A stretch of 64,000 nt of DNA, from positions 30,990-94,989 of the forward strand of contig RQSC01001252.1 in NCBI GenBank assembly GCA_013416795.1. Direction: 5' to 3'. Position 1 is the stretch's first letter, and each line of letters begins with the position of its first letter. Below, piece by piece: positions 20,796-31,900 of the stretch. Source of the stretch: Prasinococcaceae sp. CCMP 1430 (lineage: Eukaryota > Plantae > Prasinodermophyta). Made by a program: the position numbers and the translations under genes. The notes under the pieces were generated by a model, which saw only the letters and a program-made list of their open reading frames with translations, did not search any database and was not told the DNA's origin.

Positions 20796-21254
20796 TACTA
20801 ATAGTGCTTCATACATATCTGACACGTCATGCGCGCGCGGCCCCGGGGCTCGATCGGCGCCCCGCTGTCTTCTGGAAGCGCCGGCGCGCCAGCGCGCGGG
20901 ATGGTTCGGGTTCCGCGGAGCGCGAAATGGCGCGGTGCGCGGTGCGTTCCGGGCAGCGGTGTTTTTCGGCGCGGCGTTTTCGGCGGGTGGCAATCCGCGA
21001 GTTTGACGGGCGGAGCTGCGCGCGCGACAGCAACACCCGCGCGCCGCGCGCCGCGATTGGCGCCACACCGCCCCGCGGCGGCGCGGCGTGAAGGGAGGAG
21101 GGGGGCTCGAACCCCCTCCCTTTCCGCGCTCACCCCCACCCCCTCGGTGGGGTGGGGTGGGGCGCACCCCCACCCCACCCCACCCCATCCGCGCGCGCGC
21201 TGCGCGCGCGCTCACCGCGCGAGGAGGCGGGTGGCGGACACCCACCCGCCCCGA

Positions 21255-22094
21255 ATGTCCGTGATGATGGACGGCAGTGACGTCGAAGCGCTCGACATGC
21301 TCTTCGGCCAGGGCGTGGGCGGTGGCGGTGGCGACGTCGATTCCTTCGACGACTTGTTCTCGCTGCTGCCGGGGGATGACGACCTGTCCCCGAGCCCGAG
21401 TGAGCTCGAGGGGGCCGCTGGCGCCGCGCCGCTCGACGCCGAGCCCGCCCAGGGCCAACCGCCCGAGGCGCAGAAGCGCACGGCGGCCAAGCGCGCGCGC
21501 AGCGAGCCGGCGGAGGAGGAGGACCACGAGGAGGCCGTGAAGCGGCGCAGGCGGCTCGAGAAGAACCGCCAGTCCGCGCAGCTGAGCCGCGAGCGCAAGC
21601 GGAACCAGGTCGACAGGCTGCAGGCGCAGGTGGCCCAGCTGAAGCACGACAACATGTCGCTGGCCTACACGCTCTCGGTTTATCATGCCGAGATGCAGCG
21701 CATGCAAGAGCAGCTTTCAAAGCTCACCGACGATCGCACGCGCGCGCTGCCCGCTGCTGCTTCAACGGCCGACGGCCCCACCGCCGACCAACACACCGAC
21801 CAACCTACTACGACGCATGTGCGTGGACACAAGGAGGAAGATAAGCCTGCTGTGCAAGAGAAAATGCCTTCTCTTCTCCTCCTGGTGGCCATCTCCACGC
21901 TCCTGCAGGCGGCGTCCTGCTACCTCGCCGGGTCCCTCTGCCTCAACACTCGTGAGGCGCTTGACCGCGTGCGGGCGTACAGGACCAGCTGCGCTGAGCA
22001 GGCTCGCAAGGGCCTGCCCAACTGGCGGATGGCAGACGCGCCTTTCGGCGCGGACCTGACGCTCTCAGATGGCACCGTCGACAACGCTGGCTAG
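21255..22094 (+). CDS. Membrane-anchored bZIP transcription factor (bZIP60/XBP1/HAC1-like architecture)
   Basis: KRRRRLEKNRQSAQLSRERKR basic region, Leu zipper (L-QAQVAQ-L-KHDNMS-L), then a hydrophobic segment SLLLLVAISTLLQAASCYLAGSLCL. Confidence 0.88.
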   Translation: MSVMMDGSDVEALDMLFGQGVGGGGGDVDSFDDLFSLLPGDDDLSPSPSELEGAAGAAPLDAEPAQGQPPEAQKRTAAKRARSEPAEEEDHEEAVKRRRRLEKNRQSAQLSRERKRNQVDRLQAQVAQLKHDNMSLAYTLSVYHAEMQRMQEQLSKLTDDRTRALPAAASTADGPTADQHTDQPTTTHVRGHKEEDKPAVQEKMPSLLLLVAISTLLQAASCYLAGSLCLNTREALDRVRAYRTSCAEQARKGLPNWRMADAPFGADLTLSDGTVDNAG

Positions 22095-22393
22095 CAGTGG
22101 CCCCTCCGCGCCGGAGAGGATGGGGCGGCCGTTGGCCACCCACGAGGCGCGGAGGAAGGTGCACGAGTGTCGCGAGACTGATAGAGCGCACGCAACGGCT
22201 TGATCGAAGCCGTCTAGAGCGGAGGGGCGCGCCGCGCGCCTGCGCTGGCCCGTGCCTGTATCCGTAACAAAGGCATTCGCACAACACCGCTCGCGCCGCC
22301 AGCACCCGCCTCCCCTGCTCGCTGCCGCGCGGGAGCGTCCGCGCCACAGCGAAAACACTATTAGCTTCACGTTATTAGTACCCGCGCCCTCGA

Positions 22394-24091
22394 TCAAGGC
22401 AGGGCTTCCACGAAGGACCGGACCTCGCCCCTAATGAAGTCGCCGAGGCGGTTCGTCGCCTCTTCGATGGCCTCCTCCGACACCGACGCGAAGCACGCGC
22501 GGAACCAACCGTGTCGTGGCGCGTGGCAGTCGGCTCCCGGAGTTAGGAGCAGCTTTTTCTCCTCAAGCAGCTGCTGCCAGAGTGCGCGCTCGCCCTCGAC
22601 GCTTTGCGCGAGCAGCGAACCACTCAGGTCCACCCAGCAGAAGAGCCCGGCCGTAGGTTGGACGAACGGCACGTGGGCCGCTTCAAGGCCCACGCACAGT
22701 AGCTTTGCCTGCGCCGCGAGGCGCCTGCGATTTTGGACCAGGTACGCGTCGATGCCTTCCGCATCCTCGAGCGCCGCCGCCAACACGTTTTGCACATAGT
22801 TCGATACCGCGCAGAAGTATCCCAGGTTGTGCATACTTCGGTTGAGGGCCGCATTCCTCGACCACAAGCAGCCGACCCGCAGGCCGGAGCCAGAGAAGTC
22901 TTTTGAGAATGCCCAAATCACGTGGAGCAGGTTGTCGACGTCGCCGCACGCCCTGACGTCCTCCCTGCACGCGAGCTCGGCCGCGCTCACGAACTCACTC
23001 TGCGCCGCACGCACGAGTCAGCGCAGAGCGCGCGGCGTGGGACGAGGGCCATCACATCGGTGCGCGCGTGCGCGGCGCGGGGACATACCTGTGCGGCGTC
23101 GTCAAATATAGAGAGAGCGTAGACCTCGTCGCTCACCACGTGCAGCCCGCGCTTCAGTCCCCATTTGACGATGCCGGCGTACGCATCGGCAGGCCACACG
23201 ACCCCGAGCGGGTTGTGAGGGTGCGTGAGAAGTAGCATGCGAGGCGGGGCGCCGGCTGCAGTAGCAGCAGCCGCCGCCTCGTCCAGGTCGCGCACCGTCG
23301 GGACGTAGGCACCAGCGGGATTGTACGCAGATGCCTTCACCGGCCAGGGCTTGGCTCCGACGCGCACGGTGAGGTCATTGTTGAACGCCGGATAATACGG
23401 CGCTGGTATGAGGACGCTGTCGCCGGGTGCGCACGTGGCGAAGACGACGTTTTCGATCACTGCGCCAGCACCCGATGAGACTGCGCACGCGCACACGCGC
23501 GCCGCACAGCGCGGGTCAGCAAGCGAGCGGCCCGGTCACGCTGGTCTGCTATGAAATCCCCGTCTTTAACGCACCTGTGAGTTCCTCCGCCAGGGGCGGC
23601 GCCCCGGCCTCGGCCGCCCCGAGCATGAACGTGCGCGCAAGAGTGGCGGCGAGTGCGTCTCGCAGGCGCGGTAATCCGCGCATATCGTCGTACCCCATCG
23701 ACTCTGGCGGTGGCTCGTCCGCACCACGCGCACGCACGAGCTGCAGAAAGTGCTCGTGCGAAAGCTTGTTCTCCGCGACCGCGAGCACGACAGTGCCGGA
23801 CGGGTTGAAGTCGGGCTGGTAGGCGTCTTGAGCGGCAGCAAGGAAAGCTGTGGGTTGGGTGGGAAAGCAGGCGGGCAGGCAATGTGCACGCGTCAGCGAC
23901 GCGCGGGTGGCGTCGGACTCCTCAACCTCACGTGCGCGAGCCGCTGCGGCCGTGGCAGGCGCGGTGGCGCACCGTCGAGGTAGGACAGCGCGGGCTTGGT
24001 CGCCGCGCTGCCGCGCGCGCTTAGCGTTGCCATCGCCGCGTCCGGCGGCGGGGGAGGCATTGCCGCCGGCAGGCGCCGGCGCCAGCACCAT
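22394..24091 (-). CDS. ACC-synthase-like class I PLP aminotransferase (ACCS-like); at least 4 exons
   Basis: FNPSGTVVLAVAENKL, YDDMRGLPRLRDALA, LIPAPYYPAF, HPHNPLG, VVSDEVYA, FSKDF...GLRVG (PLP Lys), GWFRACFA. Introns 23574-23481 and 23088-23000 are phase-compatible. Confidence 0.88.
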
Positions 24092-24309
24092 GCACGCGCT
24101 GTGGCATGCTCCCGCAGCCGGAACGAGAACAGTGCCGAACAGTCCGGATTCCGGATAGGGAAAGTGGCGTCTTTCTGCGGCTCGCGTCGGTACCACATCC
24201 AGCGCAGCAAGGGGCACATGCACGCATCGTGCACAAGTTGGAGCGCGCGGCAATGGACTACCAGCTCGGCGCGAGGAAGAGCGGCACGTCCGAGTACCTC
24301 ATGCACATA

Positions 24310-25089
24310 TTACACATCGGACTCGCTCGCCTCGCTCAGCAGCGACTCGTGCATCCCTCCCGCGGGTGCGTCGTGCACGGGCAGTGTGCTTGGTGTGTTC
24401 GTCCCACTGTTAAGAGGTGAGCTCCTGCGGCGGCGTGATCGCCTGCGCGACGCACGCCCATCGATCGCGCCGACGAACGCGAGGAGCCCCAGCCCCGCCG
24501 TCACAAACGGCAGCGCCGCGTCCAACTGCGTCATGCCTCCGCCACCACCGTTTTTCAGCGTGGGCAGCGCCGCCCACGCAGACACGACCGTCCCCGCAAA
24601 CGTCGCCACGCCCCAAGCCCTCACCACCGGCGTGTGGACCCTATCCTTTCGCTTGAGCTCCAGCATGGCGCATATCGCGATGAGCTCCCATGCCACCGCC
24701 TGGCACGCGTACCCGATGAGCGCGTGCCTGTCCCAGTGGCTCGCGATAGCGTGCTGCACTATGAGCAGAACGTACATCAACGACGAGCCGTGGCATACGA
24801 TCACCGTGGCCATGGCCGCAGCCCCGTGACGCCACTTCTTGCGTCGCGGAGCACCCTGACGATGCGTGCGCGCGCGGCCCTCTTGCGCGAGGCTCGCGGC
24901 GAGCGCGGCGCGCTCGCGCCTGATCCGCCAGTCCCACGCGAACGCGGCGAGCGCGTGCACGAGCATGACCGCCCCCGAGGCAACCTGCGCGAGCGCGAGC
25001 GACGGGGCCCCGTGCACCCACGCGGCGCCACACGTCGTCGTCCCCACGCCCGCGCCGTCGCCCTCGCACAGCCACGCCCACCCGCCCAT
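24310..25089 (-). CDS. Multi-pass membrane protein resembling an isolated ABCC/MRP TMD0 domain
   Basis: About 5 TM helices; QAVAWELIAI.AMLE.KRKDRVHTPVVRAWGVATF resembles the plant MRP TMD0 P.LLR.WW..F; ends in ESLL. TGTAA overlaps the TAA stop. Confidence 0.55.
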   Translation of the reverse strand: MGGWAWLCEGDGAGVGTTTCGAAWVHGAPSLALAQVASGAVMLVHALAAFAWDWRIRRERAALAASLAQEGRARTHRQGAPRRKKWRHGAAAMATVIVCHGSSLMYVLLIVQHAIASHWDRHALIGYACQAVAWELIAICAMLELKRKDRVHTPVVRAWGVATFAGTVVSAWAALPTLKNGGGGGMTQLDAALPFVTAGLGLLAFVGAIDGRASRRRSRRRRSSPLNSGTNTPSTLPVHDAPAGGMHESLLSEASESDV

Positions 25090-25184
25090 CAGGAGCGCGT
25101 GGGCAACAAGCGATGCGACCTCCGCCGGCTCTGCGCGTCCCGCCGCCCGCTCGCCGCGGGCGGCCCCCTCCCTCGCGCCGCGCG

Positions 25185-25455
25185 NNNNNNNNNNNNNNNN
25201 NNNNNNNNNNNNNNNNNNNNNNNNNNNNNNNNNNNNNNNNNNNNNNNNNNNNNNNNNNNNNNNNNNNNNNNNNNNNNNNNNNNNNNNNNNNNNNNNNNNN
25301 NNNNNNNNNNNNNNNNNNNNNNNNNNNNNNNNNNNNNNNNNNNNNNNNNNNNNNNNNNNNNNNNNNNNNNNNNNNNNNNNNNNNNNNNNNNNNNNNNNNN
25401 NNNNNNNNNNNNNNNNNNNNNNNNNNNNNNNNNNNNNNNNNNNNNNNNNNNNNNN
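25185..25455. other. Assembly gap (271 N)
   Basis: Run of N seen directly. Confidence 1.
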
Positions 25456-26924
25456 TGCGCGCGGCCGCGTCGGGCGTCGAGCTCGAGCGCGCCGTGACGG
25501 TCGACGCCGTGCGCGCGCAGCTGCGCGCGCTGGGGCACGACGACGCGGCCGTCCCGGACGACATCATCTCGTCGTTCCTCAAGGACATCTTCGCCGAGGT
25601 CAAGGCCGAGGCCGCCAGCGTGGCCGGCGCCAAGATGGACGCCGACGACGGCGAGGCGCCCGTGCCCGCACCGGTGGCGGCTGCGCCGCGCACGGGATCG
25701 CTGCCTGCGCACCGCGGCGGCAGACTCGTCGCGACGCCGCCGCCAGCGCCGCAGGACGGCAGCGCAAGCGAGGGAGAGGGCGCGGTGGTGAGCCAGGCGC
25801 GGCCGAGGCTGGGTGGCCCGGCGCGCATCCCCGCAGAGTCTGCCCAAACCAGTGCGGACGGCAGCTGGGACACCGCAAGCGCCGGCTCGGCGGCGGAGGA
25901 AGACTTGGACGTGCGGGACGCGCTTGGCAGGCTGACGCTCGGGGCCGAGCGGCCATACAGTGCCTTCGACGTGTGGCAGCCGGATGGCCAGGAGGCCGAG
26001 GCCGAGTGCGCCTCGGCGAGCGCTGCCTTCGGCAGGCTGCTGATCCCTGCGGCCGACGAGGAGGAGGTGCCGCTGGAGGACCAGCCGCTGAGCATCCTCG
26101 CGTCCAGCCCATCTATGGGAGGGCCCCCGTCCCCGGCGCTGGACACAGAATGGACACCCGCGCCCGATGAGCGGTCGGCCGCGGACTCCTCTTCGGCGTG
26201 GTCGGCTGAGGAACTGGAAAAGATGAAGCGCCGCGCGAAGCGCTTCGGCATCCCTTTTGTGCCTCCCGGGCAGCGCACACGGCGCCTGGGCGTGCCGCGT
26301 CGCGTGCAGACCCCGCAAAGCGGCGCGCCGCCGGCGTCGCCGCAGCGTGCGTCGCCGCCGAGCCAGATGCATGCACTGCGCGTGCCCTATCCGGACTCGC
26401 CGGCACCGCCGGCGACAGCACCGGAGCGCCCGCCGGGCTTCACGCCGGCCTCGGCCAAGGCCTCAAGCAAGGCGCCGCACGCATCGCCCTACCGTTCGCC
26501 CTACGCCGCCCGCCCGCCATCAGCGGGCGAGAAGTGCACACCCCGCCGTCCGATGAGCGCGCGCGCGACATGCGACGCTGGGGTGCAGATGCCGTCGCCG
26601 TCCCTCGCCTTGGGGGCGCTCGTCGCCAGCGACGGCGACGCCGCGCCTAGCTCACCCCCGCGCCCGCAGACCGCGCGGCCGAGCGGCAGAGCGAAGGTCG
26701 ACCGCGTGTCCGCGTACGCCTCACACAACAAGGAGTGGTCCTCGCGCCGCACCACGCTCGGATCCGTCGGCAACAAAGCGCCTCGCAGACGCCAGAACTT
26801 CTTCAAGATGTTTGCCGAGGCGCACGCGGCCGAGGCGAAGAAGGACCGCCTGCGCAGGCGTGCCGTGCGCGACGCTACCGCCGCGAGCCTCGCCGACAGG
26901 CGGCCGACCTTTTCGCGCAGGTGA
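25456..26924 (+). CDS. HYLS1-like centriolar protein (start in gap)
   Basis: N-terminal VDAVRAQLRALGHD..VPDDIISSFLKDI and C-terminal KVDRVSAYASHNKEW resemble the two conserved HYLS1 boxes (KTDRVARYFEYKRDW); the middle is disordered. Confidence 0.5.
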
Positions 26925-27104
26925 CCAAGAGCCACCGCCAGGCGCGCGCGCGGTCGCGGCGGGCGAGTCGCGCGTGGATCACCTCCGAGGCAGGGCTCCT
27001 AGAGTGCGTACCCACAGCGGCACAGCACATCTTTTAAGAATCCGATCAATGCCACTGGTGCGGTCCACGGCCGCGCTAATATTAGTATTACGGTGCACGC
27101 GTGC

Positions 27105-27764
27105 CTAGCCCCGCGCGAACACGATGCTGCACACTCCACATATGGTCAGTACGCCCAGGACGTCCATGACGACCTGAATGGTGGTGCCAGCATTCGCGGG
27201 GTCCACACCCGCCCGCCCGAGCGCGAACGGCAGCGCGGACCCAAGCAGCGTGCTCGTGAAGACGATGGTGAACAGTGACGCCGATATACCCAGCACGTTT
27301 TTTGCCTCGCCATTGGTGAGGACCACCCTCGCCGCGCCGACGCACGTCGTCGTGAGTGCGAGCCCTGCGCCGACACGCGCCTGGCGGAGCATCGTGCGCC
27401 GAAAGGAGCGCACGCTCAGGTCGAGCTCGCCCATCGCCAGCGAGCGGATTACGGCGATAGCGCTCTGATTTCCACAGTTTCCGCCCGCGCCCACGAGCAT
27501 CGTCAGGAAGAGGGTGATCACGAGGTGCTTGCGGATAAGCTCCTCGAAGTATGAGAGCACTGAGCCGGAGAGCGACTGCAGTATGAGGAGCGCGCACAGC
27601 CACCTACCGCGAAAGACTACCTCCGCGACGACCGACTGCGGCCCGGCGCCAGTGGCTCTGCACTTGGTGTCCTCGCCGCCGCCAGCGGCGTATGTCTGCA
27701 CGGCCGCAACCGGTGGCCGGTGGTGGTGCGGAAGCAGGTCGCTGCTGAAGCTGCGTTTGTGCAT
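27105..27764 (-). CDS. mgtE: MgtE-family Mg2+ transporter, membrane domain only
   Basis: RGRWLCALLILQSLSG.VL..FE, LFLTMLVGAGGNCGNQSAIAVIRSLA.GE, LPF.L.R.G.DPA, QV.MDVLG. Confidence 0.9.
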   Translation of the reverse strand: MHKRSFSSDLLPHHHRPPVAAVQTYAAGGGEDTKCRATGAGPQSVVAEVVFRGRWLCALLILQSLSGSVLSYFEELIRKHLVITLFLTMLVGAGGNCGNQSAIAVIRSLAMGELDLSVRSFRRTMLRQARVGAGLALTTTCVGAARVVLTNGEAKNVLGISASLFTIVFTSTLLGSALPFALGRAGVDPANAGTTIQVVMDVLGVLTICGVCSIVFARG

Positions 27765-28331
27765 CTCGCCGCCTTACAGCCCACGACCTACGAGTAGCCT
27801 GACGCGCAGAGTTGTGCGCGATTCGACGCGGCCAGGAGGGGCTGGCCTCAGGGAATCGCGCCCAACTCGCCCCACGCTTCGTACCCGCGCCCGGCGGCGC
27901 CGCCGCCGCCGCCGCCCTGCGGGCCAAACGCGCGCCGACCTGCCCCGGCGGACGTCGTCTGGATCGCGTCACGCAGGGCCGCCTGCGCTGCCGGGGCTGA
28001 GGCTGCGCGTGGGTCGCGGCGTGTGGAGGGGGGGTGGGCGGGCAGCAGGCCCAGCGAGCGCCAGCTCGGCGCCAACACGACACGCTGACAGCAGGCAAGC
28101 AAACACGTCAATATGAGAGGGGGTTTCGGCATTGGATTGTGACGTTTCTTTTCTCTGCGAGGCCTGCCTCTGCCTGCGCTGCGCGCGCGCGCGCCACAGG
28201 GCGAGCGGGGAGCGGGGAGCGGGCGGCAGAGGGGGGCGGGGGGCGAGGGGAAGGAAGGGAGGAAGAGGCTGGCGTGCTCGTGCGCTTGCTCTCCTCCGAA
28301 CCCCGTGCACGCGAGCGCGCGCGCGCGCGGG

Positions 28332-28556
28332 ATGCTCTCGCTTGCGCGCGCCAAGTTTGCCGCGCGCACGGCCGCAGCACGTGTGAGAGAGGCCGAGCGC
28401 GCCGCGCAGAAGGTGCTCGACGTCGTCGTGCCCGGGCCGGCCGGCGTGCCGAGCATTGCCTTCGACGCGGCTGAGCGCAACGCTGCGGAGCGCGCAGTGC
28501 AGCGTGCGAAGCAGCGGTGGATCCAGGCTGAGGCAGACGCCGCCGCGAGACGCTGA
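28332..28556 (+). CDS. Small hypothetical helical protein (74 aa)
   Basis: Coding-like GC3 bias and a TGTAA at 28741; no recognised family. Confidence 0.35.
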   Translation: MLSLARAKFAARTAAARVREAERAAQKVLDVVVPGPAGVPSIAFDAAERNAAERAVQRAKQRWIQAEADAAARR

Positions 28557-28963
28557 CGGCCAGGCGCTTGGACGCACGTGTGGGCCGGCACGCCCTGGCA
28601 CGAATCACCGACGGGGCGCCGTGAGCTCTGCCTGCGCACCGGGCCTGCACACCGGGCCTGCGCACCGGGCGGCATTGCATATGCAAGCGCCCGGCGCCTT
28701 CTCTCGCGCCGCGCCCTCTTGCTCGCCGCGCCGAGAGATATGTAACATGTGTTGACTTACGCGCGGTGGCGATGGGATATAGCGCGCGGGGGGTGAAGAG
28801 GGCAGGGGAGGCGCATGAGCTCGCGCTGAGCGGCTCGCCTTGTTTCCTGACCAGCCCCCTACGCCGTTGCTGCTAAGCGGGGCTGGAAGCAGCGCAGTAG
28901 GCGCGGCGGCCGCCGCCGCTGCGGTCCGGGCAGTAGTTTCAAGTATACACACTTACAGGTCGC

Positions 28964-31900
28964 TCAGAACGCGCCCGAGTAGAAGTTGTCGATTTCGGCC
29001 GGGTCATACCATTCCGTCTCTGCGCTGTCCGCCCACATCCCGTCGCCCTGCTGCTGAGCGGTGCCATCCACGACGTGCCCTTGATCATGCTGGCCGTCCG
29101 CGCCCACCTCGCCCTCGCTCTCCTCCGACACAAGCCTCTTCTTGAGCTCCGCCTTTGCCGCGCGCCCCTCAGGTGAGGAGTAGTCGTAGTCAAAGGCCAT
29201 GTCGATGAGCTGGAGCATCTTGGTGTCTGGTGCCACGCCCCGCTCGCGCATGTCTGCGAGTACATCTGCCACTTGGCGTAGGTGCTGTGTGCCCGAGACA
29301 CTGCCCTCCGACGCGCGCACCACGCCTCTCAGGAGCACGTGGTACATTGTGACGTCCGGGGTGACTCCAGCCGCGATGCCCTCATCAAAGAGCTCCGATG
29401 CACGCTCGCCGTCGCCATTGACCGTGTGCGCGCGCATCAGGCCACTGTACACCACAGCATCGGGGGCAATACCCGCAGAGCGCATGTGCGTGAGCAGGCG
29501 CTCGGCGCTCGCCGCATCGCCCGCGGCACCTGCGGCGGCAGCTAGGTGCGCGTACGGCCGCACGTCTGCAGTGCCGCCTAGCTCGCCCTCGTTCGAGTAC
29601 CGCATCATCGACTCCAGCGCCTCATCGAAATGGCCACACTTGGCCGCAACTGCAACGAGAATCTGGCGCGTTTCCGCCGTCTCAGAAATGCCGTCCGCAG
29701 CCATCTGCGCGCGCACGGCGGCCACGTGCTCGTACGCATCGCACAGCCCACACGCGGTCACCGCGGCGTTGTATGGGTTTGCCCACCCGCCCTTGGCCAC
29801 GCTCACGCCGAGCGAAATCGCTGCGCGTGCAGCGGCGGCTGCTCTCGGTGCGTGCTCAGCCGCAAACGCTAGCGATGAGGACCCGTCGGCGTCGCTGCTG
29901 CCCTGCTCCGACGCGGCGGCCGCGGCAGGGCTCAACTCGTGGAGCACTGCCAGCGCGCCGTCGATGTCACCCGCCCGGCCCAGCGCTGTAATCGCCGCTG
30001 AGAACGTCACGGTGCTTGACTTCACGTCTTGATCGGTCGCAGTGTTGAGGAGTTCCGCTACCAGGTCGTGCTCCCCCGCGTGTCCCGCGGCTGTAATCAG
30101 CGTCGCATACGTGTACGGGTCTGGCGCCGGGCCCATCTCCACCATCTCGTCGAATAGCGAGACCCCGGCCTCCAGGTCATGCACCATCGCTGCCATCGCG
30201 GCGTTGCAGCACTTGATGCTGAGCGGAAGCTGCTCCTGACGCATGCGCTCCAATAGCAGAGAACATTGCTGCACGCATCCGCCGTGCGCGCTCGCGTGCA
30301 CGAGCTGGTTGAACTCGTAGGGGCTCAGCGGCACAAAATCGTTCAGGCACTTGCTCACAAGCCGACAAGCTTCGCGCCTGGCAGCCTTGGAGGACCCCGA
30401 CGCCAGTGCCTCGACGCTCGCGACGTACAGCCTGGGATCGAGTTCAACCCTGGCCGAATGCATGCGCTCCAGCAGCAGCATGGCCTGCTTGTCGGCGCCA
30501 ACTACTTTCAGCGCGCGGAGGAGGGTTGTGCACTCCCCGAGCGAGTGGCGGCTGATTGCACACGCCTTGTCGCCGTTGTCGGCGCGTTCCCAGAGCGCCT
30601 CAAGTGCCGCCACCGCGCTCGAGGAGTCCCCGGCTTCGGCGAAGCAGCCAACGGCCTGCGCATAGCTCCAGAGGGACCAAACCGAGCGGCTCTTCGCACG
30701 GTCTTTGCTGTCAGCGAGCGAGACGCCCGAGGCCTCGGCGAGCCTCTCGCGCTTCTCAATGCGCTCGACGAGCTGCGCGAGCGTGTCTGGCTTGCCGTTA
30801 ACTCTGCAGCTCGAGATTATGCCGCTCACCACAGAAGCGTCCGGAGCGTACCCGAGGGCATCTGCAACGTCCCACACGGGTATTACGCGCTCAGGGGCAC
30901 CGCAACCCACCGCCAAGGCGTGCATTTGCGCCTCCAGCACCATCTGCGGAACATCGCATTCAAAGGCCTTGTCCGCAGCCCCACGCAAAAGCTCCACGCG
31001 CTCGTAGTCGCCTGAGCGCCCAGCGGCAGCCATGGCAGCGCAGAAGAGCTGCGCGGACTGCACGCCGTCCTTGTCCCTGCCGCCCTCTGCCAAGCGTTCG
31101 GCGACGTCGCACATCTCGTCAATCAGCGCGGCGTCCTCAAGCTGCGAGATAGCGGCCATGGCACCCTTGAAGGTGCTGGACTGAAACGCAATGCCGTCGT
31201 CTGCCATCATACGCAGCACGCGCCACGTGCCGAGCGGATTCCCCCCCTGCGCAGCCAGCACCAACGAGTACGTCTCCGAGCGCCTCGGCACGTCGAGGGC
31301 GCGCATGCGTTCGAGGAGCGCAAACGCAGCGTCGCGCCGCGATAGCGTCTCTTGGCTCTCCTCTTTCGCCCGTGCGTTCGGGTGCACGCTGGCGCGCGGG
31401 GCATGCCCCTTGCCCTTCAGTGGCAGCGCCAGCGACTGTATTGCCTGCTCGTACACCTCGCAGCGCTCCGAGTTCGAGAACTCGAGCTGCGTCATTAGCT
31501 CAAGCACCTCGCCCGCTGCAGCCTCAGCAACAGCGCCGCCGCCGCGGCAAGCTCCCAGCGCGTTTACGAGCGTCTGCGCGTCGATGTCCTCGTCGAGGCG
31601 GTCCTGCCGGGAAACCACCTCCGAAGCGAGCGCGGCCGCCGCCGCAGGCTGCTCGCATGCCGAGCACGCGGCTATGGCGGAATTCCACAAGCCCAGGTCG
31701 GGTGCGCGCGGCGCGTTTGCGCCTCCGGCATCCGCAGCGCTAGCGCGCTCGCGCACGAGGTTCAAGCCCCATTCCCAGTCGCCGGCCTGACCCTTGCCCC
31801 AGATGGCGAGCATGAGCAGCGAGTGGTCTGCGGCCCTCAGCTGGCCGGACTGTTCGAGCTGCTCCGCCAGCCGCGCCACAAGCTCGCCACCGTAGCCAGG

